The position numbers and the translations under genes were made by a program. Shown in pieces: positions 9,764 through 17,349 of a stretch of DNA of 59,693 bases (the first letter of the stretch is position 1; every line of letters starts with the position of its first letter). The stretch is from Thermoplasmatota archaeon. Lineage in GTDB: Archaea; Thermoplasmatota; E2; JACPAO01; JAHFTW01. The stretch covers positions 1 to 59,693 of the forward strand of contig JBFIHX010000015.1 in assembly GCA_041601615.1 (NCBI GenBank), in the 5' to 3' direction. Below the pieces are notes generated by a model. The model did not search any database. It was not told the DNA's origin and saw only the letters and a list, made by a program, of their open reading frames with translations.

Positions 9764-9970
9764 ATGTAATTCGCAAGCGCGAATAATTTGGTTTTGCGAA
9801 TCGGTTGGGGTTGTCTATCCCCCTCAGCCAAGGTTCCAAACGGTCTCATTCCGGGACCCTCGGCCTCCCTCGCCCCCTCGATTTGCCTTGATCTTCATGC
9901 CGAAGGGGCACGAAATCCGACCTCGGGCAGGCGCCAGACCAATCGGGCCGACCGGACCGGAGCGTTCCCG

Positions 9971-10135
9971 TCAGGCCCCGTCTCTTTTCCGCTTGCGCAA
10001 CGCCGCCAGCCGTTTTCCTGCGGGGCTCTTGCGCAACTCGGGACTGCTTGGGGAGTCGGGCATGGTCTGCTTCTGGGCCACGTCCTGGATCTTCTCCTTG
10101 CTTGCCCGCATGGTGCGGCTCACTCGCTTGCCCAT
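9971..10135 (-). CDS. small basic hypothetical protein (54 aa)
   Basis: MGKRVSRTMRASKEK...RKRKRDGA, GGAG upstream of the ATG. Confidence 0.45.
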   Translation of the reverse strand: MGKRVSRTMRASKEKIQDVAQKQTMPDSPSSPELRKSPAGKRLAALRKRKRDGA

Positions 10136-10270
10136 GGAGTCTCCGAGGTTGCTGCAGTCCCTGTGTCCATGCGGTCGGCACACGGCCGGGGCAGAAAGGG
10201 GCATCGGGCGCTTTGCTTCCCTTTGCGGGCCTTGCAAGGCCCTCGTGGCCGCATCAACAATAGATTTTCG

Positions 10271-10348
10271 TCAGAAGACGTTGATCGAAATGACGCCGAA
10301 CAGGAGCAGGACGATGACCACGACTACGATCCATGCGAGGGTCGACAT
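10271..10348 (-). CDS. small single-TM peptide (25 aa)
   Basis: MSTLAWIVVVVIVLLLFGVISINVF; TTATC-like box about 25 nt upstream. Confidence 0.5.
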   Translation of the reverse strand: MSTLAWIVVVVIVLLLFGVISINVF

Positions 10349-10469
10349 ACGGGACGACTGGCGGTTGCCAAGATAACGATGCGGGGGTGATTTGCGCGGT
10401 CGCGTGCTCCGGGATGCAGGTTGCGAGCGAAGGGCAATTCCGGCTGGGGCGCCTGGGCCCTGCATCTCC

Positions 10470-12797
10470 CTAGCTTCCCACCAACAACTCCCGGTTCAAC
10501 GCCTCTGCGGTCTCCCCCGCATCCAGCCGCGCTTGCAGTCCTTGACACAATGCAATGGCGGCGGGAACGTCGTCTGCTTGCAAGACCACGAGGTCGCCGG
10601 GTCGGCTGTCTGCTAGGGCTTGGCGCAGTGCTCGACTTTCGTCCATGATCATCGAGAGGGATTCCTCGGCAAATCCGGCGTCTAGGATGCCTTCACGGAT
10701 GACTGCGGCGGTTTCTCCGGTGCGTCGGCGCCGGGGGTCGGGGTCGCAAAGATAGATGTGGTCGTACATGCCGGCGATGGTGGCACCGAATGCGCGTAGG
10801 TGTTCGTCCATGCGGTTGCCGGCGCCGTTGGCGACGTTGAGTTTGCGGCCGGTGGCGAGGCGGGGCAGGACTTTGGCGAGCGCTTCGAGGGCGGGGACGT
10901 TGTGGCCGTAGTCGAGGAGGACTTTGACGCCTCCGAGTTCGAGGAGGTTCATGCGGCCGGGGAGTTGGCCGAAGCTGGGGTTGAAGCTGATGAGGCCGGC
11001 GCGGGTGTCTTCTTCGCTGAGGCCGAGGGCGTAGGCGGCGGCGACGGCGGCCATGGCGTTTTGGACGTTGAAGGTGGCTGCTCCTTCAAGGGTGATGGGG
11101 ATGTCGACGATGTGGGCGACTTCGAATTGGGCGGCTCCTCGGCGCAGGACGATGGCGCCGTCGTGGAGGGTGACGGCGGCGTGTTCGGGGTCGGCGGCGA
11201 GGTGTGCTGCGAGCGCGGAGTGGTTGGGGTCGAGGCTGAAGGGGATGACGCGGCAGGCGAGGCCTTCGCGGGTGGCCCAGACGCGTTCGTCGTCGGCGTT
11301 CAGGACGGCTGTTCCGTCGGGCGACACGGCGCGGATGACGACGGATTTGAGGCGGGCAAGGTCGTCGACGGTTTGGATGCCGCCTTGGCCGAGGTGGTCG
11401 CTTGCGACGTTGAGAAAGACGCCCACATCGCATCGGTCGAAGCCGAGGCCGCTGCGCAGGAGGCCGCCGCGTGCAACTTCGCAAATGGCGTGGGTGACGC
11501 CGGGTTCGCGAAGGACGGTGCGGGCGGCGGTGGGGCCGCTGTAGTCGCCTTCGAGGATGACACGGTTTTCCACTTCGACGGCGCCTGTGCAGGCCATGCC
11601 GACGCGGCCGCCGCTGTACTTGACGATGTGGCTAAGCAGGCGGATGGTGGTGGTTTTGCCGTTGGTTCCGGTGACGGCTGCGAGTGGGATGCGTCCGGTG
11701 CCGCCGTCGGGAAACAAGAGGTCCAGCACATGATCGGGGGCGCCGCGTGCGGCAGGGTACTTTGCGATGTCTGGTTGGGGGTCGAGGCCGACCACTTTGC
11801 CGTTGGTTTCGTCGAGGGGGACTTGGAGGCTTTCGGCGATGATGTCGACGGCGAGGAGGTTGGTTTGGGTGAGTCGTGCGCAGCGTTCTGCTACGAGTCG
11901 GACAGCGGGGTGTATGGTGTCGGTGACGTCGGCGCCGTCGGTTTTGCGTTGGGCCGCGACGACTTTGCCGTCGATGACGAGGATGTCGAATGCGGGACCG
12001 GGGACGTGGTCTTCGACGACGATCCAGTTGTGCAGTTTTTTTGCCATGTCGTAGGCGGTTTCGAGTGCTTCGTCGTCTTTGATGTCGGTGGTGACGCCGC
12101 CTTTGCCTCGTAGAGGTTTGAGGGCGACGGGGTAGCCGAGTTCGTGGGCGATTTCTTGGACGCCTGCGAGGCTTCGGGCGCTGTCGGCGCGAGGCATCGG
12201 GATGCCGCGTTCGGAAAGGAATTGTTTGTTGCGTTCGTGGTCGTTGGCGATGTCGAAGCCGAGGCCGGAGAGGGTGCTGGTGATGGTTCCGACCATTTGT
12301 TTTTGTTGCACGCCCCAGCCGAGTTGGAGGTGGCTTTCGCTGCGTTCGTCTATGGGGATGCCTCGGGCGCGGGCGGCTTGGATGATGGCGCGAAGGGATC
12401 CGTCACCGTCGTGGTCTTCGAAGACTTCGTGGACTGCGGCTTGGGCACGGGCGACGGCGTCGGCGGTGAGGGTTTGGTTGATGGCGTCGCCTACGAGTTC
12501 GGCGGCGGCGGTCATGGCGGCTTGGACAGTGCGGGGGTCGGCCATTTCGTGGACGATGATGTGGTCTCCGTCTTCGTCGGTCCAGGTGTCGCGCCAGGCG
12601 GGGAGTTCGGTTTCGGCCAGGAGCATGGCGGCGGTGGCTCCTACGAGGTCGCCGAGGCTCGTGGGCGTGTCTTGGAGGCCGAGCTGGGTCGCGGCGGAGC
12701 CCAGGTCCGCTTCGGCGTGTCGAACGACGAGGTAGTCCACGGGGCCGTTGCGGTAGAGGTTGGGTCCGCGGATGGGGCGGTGGCCGAGGACCTTCAT
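10470..12797 (-). CDS. cphA: cyanophycin synthetase paralog (CphA-like; degenerate N/ATP-grasp domains, intact Mur-ligase domain)
   Basis: MKVLGHRPIRGPNLY N-terminus, AVTGTNGKTTT, EVARGG, LNVASDHLG, LNADD, DYGHN; ATGA overlap with the upstream cphA stop. Confidence 0.85.
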   Translation of the reverse strand: MKVLGHRPIRGPNLYRNGPVDYLVVRHAEADLGSAATQLGLQDTPTSLGDLVGATAAMLLAETELPAWRDTWTDEDGDHIIVHEMADPRTVQAAMTAAAELVGDAINQTLTADAVARAQAAVHEVFEDHDGDGSLRAIIQAARARGIPIDERSESHLQLGWGVQQKQMVGTITSTLSGLGFDIANDHERNKQFLSERGIPMPRADSARSLAGVQEIAHELGYPVALKPLRGKGGVTTDIKDDEALETAYDMAKKLHNWIVVEDHVPGPAFDILVIDGKVVAAQRKTDGADVTDTIHPAVRLVAERCARLTQTNLLAVDIIAESLQVPLDETNGKVVGLDPQPDIAKYPAARGAPDHVLDLLFPDGGTGRIPLAAVTGTNGKTTTIRLLSHIVKYSGGRVGMACTGAVEVENRVILEGDYSGPTAARTVLREPGVTHAICEVARGGLLRSGLGFDRCDVGVFLNVASDHLGQGGIQTVDDLARLKSVVIRAVSPDGTAVLNADDERVWATREGLACRVIPFSLDPNHSALAAHLAADPEHAAVTLHDGAIVLRRGAAQFEVAHIVDIPITLEGAATFNVQNAMAAVAAAYALGLSEEDTRAGLISFNPSFGQLPGRMNLLELGGVKVLLDYGHNVPALEALAKVLPRLATGRKLNVANGAGNRMDEHLRAFGATIAGMYDHIYLCDPDPRRRRTGETAAVIREGILDAGFAEESLSMIMDESRALRQALADSRPGDLVVLQADDVPAAIALCQGLQARLDAGETAEALNRELLVGS

Positions 12798-15436
12798 GCG
12801 AGTACCCTCCGGGCGGCGTCTTGGCGGCGTCGGATTTCGGTCATGAGTTGGTCGTGGGCTTCGCATTGGAAGACGAGCAAGTCGCCGGGTTGGGCGGCGT
12901 CGAAGCACTCGAGGATGTTGGCCCATTCGTCGATGCGGGAGTGCACGCGCGTGGCGTCGAGGCCAGCGGCGATGGCGCCTTCTGCGATGAGTTTGGACGC
13001 TCCGCCTTCTTTGCGACCGCGTGGGTCGGGGTCGCTGACCCAGAGTTCGTGGCAGTGCGTGGCAAGGGCGGCGCCTACTTGGCGAAGGTCGTCGTCGAGG
13101 CGGTTGCCGGCAAGGTATGCGACGCGCAGGACGCGGCCACCCGGCCGGGGTATGAGGTGTGGGATGACTTCGTCGAGCGCTTCGATGGCGGGTACGTTGT
13201 GGCCAAAGTCCAGTAGGACGCGGGTGCCTGCGACGTCGAAGGTGTTCATGCGGCCGGGGTTTTGCCCGGGGGTGCTGTGGAAGGTCCGAAGGCCGGTGCG
13301 CACGTCGTCTTCGGTGAGTCCGATGGCGTAGCCGGCGGCGGTGGCGGCCATGGCGTTTTGGACGTTGAAGCGTGCTTTTCCGTTCATGGTGAGCGGGATG
13401 TCTTGGAGGTCGGCGACGTGGAATTCAGTCGTGCCTTTGCGCAGCACAATGGCTTCGTTGTGGACGGTGACGACGACGTTTGTGGCGTCGGCGGCAAGGT
13501 GTTCCGAGAGAGCCGGATGGCTGGAGTCGAGGCTGAAGAGGATGATGTTGCCGGGGAGTTTGCCGCTGGTGTGCAGGCTCAGGACGAGTTCGTCGTCGGC
13601 GTTGAGCACGGCGGTTTCGGCGGCGTCGGGGACGGTGGCTTTGAGGCGCAGGAGGTCTTCGAGGTCGTGGATGTCGCCTTCGCCGATGTGGTCGCGGCCG
13701 ACGTTGAGCAGGATGCCTACGTCGACGCGGTCAACACCCATGCCTCGGCGCAGGATGCCGCCGCGTGCCACTTCGATGACGGCGTGGGTGACCGTGGGTT
13801 CTTGCAGGACAGTCTGGGCGCCGGTGGGGCCGCTGTAGTCGCCGCGCAGGATGACTTGGTTTTCCACTTCGACGCTGCCGGTGCTTGCGAGGCCGACGCG
13901 GGCGCCGCCATATTTCAGAAGGTGCGCTACGAGTCGGACGGTGGTGGTTTTGCCGTTGGTGCCGGTGACGGCGACGATGGGGATGCGGCCGTTGCTGCCG
14001 TCGGGAAACATCATGTCGACAATCATTTCGCCCACGGGCCGGGGGGTGCCTTCGGCAGGTTCGAGGTGCATGCGCAGGCCGGGCCCGGCGTTGACTTCGA
14101 CGATACCGCCGCCGGTTTCTTCCAGGGGTAGGCGCAAGTGGGGGGCGACCACGTCGATGCCCATGATGTCGAGGCCGACGATGCGGGCAACACGCTCGGC
14201 CATGAAGCGCAGGGCGGGTTGTACTTCGTCCGTGACGTCGGTGGCGGTGCCGCCGGTGGAGAGGTTAGCGGTGGATTTGAGGATCACTTGGCGGCCGGCT
14301 TCGGGTACGTCGTCGAGGCCGATTTCTTGGACTTTGAGCATTCGTTCCGTGTTGGCATTGATGTGGATCTGGGTCAGCACTTTTTCGTGTCCGAATCCGC
14401 GCCGGGGGTCGCTGTTGACGATGGCGATGAGTTCGCGGACCGTGTGCGTGCCGTCGCCGACCACGTGGGCGGGGTCGCGGCGGGCGGCGGCGACCATTTT
14501 GCCATCGATGAGGAGGATGCGGTGGTCGAATCCCACGAGGAACTTCTCGACGATGACGACGTCGTGGTGGACGCGGGCGGCCTCGAAGGCAGTCTCCAGT
14601 TCGGATTCGTCGGGGATGTCGGTGGTAATGCCGCGTCCGTGGTTGGCGTCGAGGGGCTTGACGACGACGGGGTAGCCGATTTTTTTGGCAATCAGCTTGG
14701 CTTGTTCCAGGGTCGTGGTTTTGTGGCCGGCGGGGACGGCGATGCCTGCGTCTGCCAGAAGCCGCTTGGTCCATTCTTTGTCGGCGGCAATCTGGACACC
14801 GAGGGCGGTGGTTTCGCTGGTCATGCTGGCTTGGATCGCCTTTTGGTGGATGCCTTGGCCGAGCATGACGTGGCTTTGGCTGTTGACGCGCAGTACGGGA
14901 ATGTCGCGGGCGCGGGCGGCGTCGACCATGCTGGCGGTGCTGGGCCCGAAGAGATTGCGTTCGCGGGTTTCTTTCAGTTCTTGGATGATGGCCGGTACGT
15001 CGGTGGCGCGTTCGTGGATGAGTGCATCGAGCAGTTCGATGGCGCGTTCGCCGGCAACAAGGCCGCATTCTTCGTCGCGGTGGCGGTAGACGACGGAGTA
15101 GACGCCGCGTTCGGTGGTTTCGCGGGTTTTGCCAAAGCCTACGTCCATGCCGGCTAGGCTCTGAAGTTCGAGGGCGATGTGTTCGACGATGTGGCCGGCC
15201 CAGGTGCCGCGTTCGAGGCGTTCAAAGAAGCCGCCTTTGCGTCCGGGGCTGCATCGGTGGTGGATGAGCGAGGGCAGGGCTGCCTTGATGCGGTCGGCGA
15301 GTCCCGGAATCAGGTCGCTGGGTCGTTCCTCTAGCTCTCCGATGTCGAGGAGCATGTAGGTGACCGGGAACCGAGCGTAGAAGTTCGGGCCGCGAAGGGC
15401 ACGATGGGCCAGGATCCGCATGGGCTCCGGTTCCAT
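12794..15436 (-). CDS. cphA: cyanophycin synthetase CphA1
   Basis: LRGPNFY, HRCS...GHIVEHIALELQ, GPST, KPLDANHGRG, ANLSTGG, EVNAGPGLRMH, TGTNGKTTT, EVARGG; alternative start at 15421. Confidence 0.95.
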   Translation of the reverse strand: MEPEPMRILAHRALRGPNFYARFPVTYMLLDIGELEERPSDLIPGLADRIKAALPSLIHHRCSPGRKGGFFERLERGTWAGHIVEHIALELQSLAGMDVGFGKTRETTERGVYSVVYRHRDEECGLVAGERAIELLDALIHERATDVPAIIQELKETRERNLFGPSTASMVDAARARDIPVLRVNSQSHVMLGQGIHQKAIQASMTSETTALGVQIAADKEWTKRLLADAGIAVPAGHKTTTLEQAKLIAKKIGYPVVVKPLDANHGRGITTDIPDESELETAFEAARVHHDVVIVEKFLVGFDHRILLIDGKMVAAARRDPAHVVGDGTHTVRELIAIVNSDPRRGFGHEKVLTQIHINANTERMLKVQEIGLDDVPEAGRQVILKSTANLSTGGTATDVTDEVQPALRFMAERVARIVGLDIMGIDVVAPHLRLPLEETGGGIVEVNAGPGLRMHLEPAEGTPRPVGEMIVDMMFPDGSNGRIPIVAVTGTNGKTTTVRLVAHLLKYGGARVGLASTGSVEVENQVILRGDYSGPTGAQTVLQEPTVTHAVIEVARGGILRRGMGVDRVDVGILLNVGRDHIGEGDIHDLEDLLRLKATVPDAAETAVLNADDELVLSLHTSGKLPGNIILFSLDSSHPALSEHLAADATNVVVTVHNEAIVLRKGTTEFHVADLQDIPLTMNGKARFNVQNAMAATAAGYAIGLTEDDVRTGLRTFHSTPGQNPGRMNTFDVAGTRVLLDFGHNVPAIEALDEVIPHLIPRPGGRVLRVAYLAGNRLDDDLRQVGAALATHCHELWVSDPDPRGRKEGGASKLIAEGAIAAGLDATRVHSRIDEWANILECFDAAQPGDLLVFQCEAHDQLMTEIRRRQDAARRVLA

Positions 15437-15478
15437 GGGCAGGAGCTTGTTAACCCCTCTCTTGGGCGTCGGGTGCTG

Positions 15479-16345
15479 CTAGTCGGTGAGGTTGGGGTCT
15501 TCTTCGTCTACGAAGTCTTGGAGTTGATTGCGGCGAAGGTAGCGCCGTTCTTCCAAGTGGTAGCCGTGACCTTTGGTGAGGGTGTGGACCAAGACGCCTT
15601 CTTCGGCGATTGCTTTGCCCATGTTGACTTGGGTAATGTTCGAATACTTCATTTCGTGGCCGTCCACGACGACGACGATGCCGGAGCCGATGGCTTCGAC
15701 GAGGTTTCCTTCGCGCACGATGATGCCGGAGTCTTCATCGAGGCCGAGGCCGATGACACCTGGATTGGAGGTGACGACTTCGAGGAGGCGGCTGAAGCGG
15801 CCGCGTTGGGTGAAGTGGCTGTCGACGACGGCGTTGCGGATGAGTCCGAGGCCGGGTGTCATTTGGACGGTGCCTTTGCGCATGGCTGCTCCCGCTTTGC
15901 CTTGGTAGATCATCGCTTGGCTCATGACCGCTGCTCCCGCCGAGGTGCCTGCGATGACGCCGCCGCGTTGGTAGTGGCCCACGAGGGTTTCGAAGACGGC
16001 GCTGCCGCCGAGCATGTTGGTGAGGCGCAGTTGGTCGCCGCCGGTGAAGAACACTACGTCTGCTTCGAGGATGCGTTGCACGAAGGCGGGGTCTTGGGCG
16101 TCGTCGCGGGACTGGATGTCCATGATGTTGACGGTCTCGCAGCCGAGCTTGTGGAAGGGTTCGATGTATTGGCCGGCGGCTTCTTGGGGGATTCGGCTGG
16201 CGGTGGGAATGATTTCGACGATGTTGGAGCCGCCGTCGGGCAGGTGCAGAATCGTGGAGAGTACGTCCAGTTCGGCGTCTTTGTCTTCGTTGCCGCCGAC
16301 GGCCACGAGGATGCCGAGCGGGGTTGTGACTTTGGGCCCCATCAT
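15479..16345 (-). CDS. cphB: cyanophycinase (peptidase S51)
   Basis: VGGNEDK, FFTGGDQLRL, AGTSAGA (catalytic Ser), DSHFTQRGRFSRL, GLDED; adjacent to cphA. Confidence 0.93.
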   Translation of the reverse strand: MMGPKVTTPLGILVAVGGNEDKDAELDVLSTILHLPDGGSNIVEIIPTASRIPQEAAGQYIEPFHKLGCETVNIMDIQSRDDAQDPAFVQRILEADVVFFTGGDQLRLTNMLGGSAVFETLVGHYQRGGVIAGTSAGAAVMSQAMIYQGKAGAAMRKGTVQMTPGLGLIRNAVVDSHFTQRGRFSRLLEVVTSNPGVIGLGLDEDSGIIVREGNLVEAIGSGIVVVVDGHEMKYSNITQVNMGKAIAEEGVLVHTLTKGHGYHLEERRYLRRNQLQDFVDEEDPNLTD

Positions 16346-17238
16346 GCGATCGCCTCCGCCCAGGCCATTTGCAGATTGGATCCGGCGGCGTGGCCGTCCT
16401 TGGTTACGATGAGCATGCCGACGGCGACGTGTGCGGGAAAGAGTGCGATGCCTCGGTCGCGGGCCTCAGCGGGAGAAACACCCTGTTCGAGCCATTCGTA
16501 GAGGCGGTCGGCGAGTCGGGCGCGGGCGAGGTGCTCGCCGTCGCCGGTGACGCAAACGGCCCCGGCGGGTCCGGCGCGGAGGCCACAGCCGGGAAGCGGT
16601 ACGTCACCCACGCGTCCAAGCAGGGTGCAGATGGTTCCGCCGGTGGAGAGGGCCGCGGCAAACGTGTCTCCGTCCGTGGCGACGGCGCCGACGGTGTCCG
16701 TGGGGCCGATGATGTCGCGCAGGGGGGTCTCGAAGTTCCAGTGCTTGGCAAGTTCAGCGATGTCCCAGTCCACCCAGCCCTCGGGAGCCTCGCCCTTGCG
16801 GATGAGGTCCATGAGGGTGTCGTAGCGTTCCTGGGCGCCGCTCGTGTGTACGTCGTGGGGCGCGTGACCGAGGCGGCGGGCGTAGGCCTGGGCGCCGTTT
16901 CCGACGAGGATGTCTTGGGGCGTGGGAATCAGTTCGCGCGCAACGAGCACGGGGTTCTTGACGCCAGCAAGGCACGCCACGGCGCCAAATAGTCCATCGC
17001 TGGTCATGACGGAGGCATCCATTTCGATGGTCTTTCCGTCAAAGCGCAGGTTGGAGCCGGTGCCTGCATTGAACCGTTCGTCGTCTTCGAGCGCCACGGT
17101 CGCAGCACATACCGCATCCATGGGTGATCCTCCGGATTCGAGCACCTTAAGGCCGACCTTTGCGGCGGTTTCGGGCCCGTCGTGGACCTTGGAATCATAC
17201 GATCCTGCGCCCCCGTGGGTCAAGACCACGTACACCAT
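16342..17238 (-). CDS. iaaA: isoaspartyl peptidase / L-asparaginase (Ntn hydrolase)
   Basis: HGGAG, LEDDERFNAG, EMDAS, DTVGAVA (Thr nucleophile), GRVGD, TGDGE; ATGA overlap with cphB. Confidence 0.9.
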   Translation of the reverse strand: MVYVVLTHGGAGSYDSKVHDGPETAAKVGLKVLESGGSPMDAVCAATVALEDDERFNAGTGSNLRFDGKTIEMDASVMTSDGLFGAVACLAGVKNPVLVARELIPTPQDILVGNGAQAYARRLGHAPHDVHTSGAQERYDTLMDLIRKGEAPEGWVDWDIAELAKHWNFETPLRDIIGPTDTVGAVATDGDTFAAALSTGGTICTLLGRVGDVPLPGCGLRAGPAGAVCVTGDGEHLARARLADRLYEWLEQGVSPAEARDRGIALFPAHVAVGMLIVTKDGHAAGSNLQMAWAEAIA

Positions 17239-17349
17239 CAGGCGTGCGACTTCGGCCGGTATGAAAAAGGAGCGGATGGCGGGGATTGGATATGATGGGG
17301 CAATGGAGAAGGGACTGGTTCCGTACGGTTTCGACTTGGTTTACTGTGC

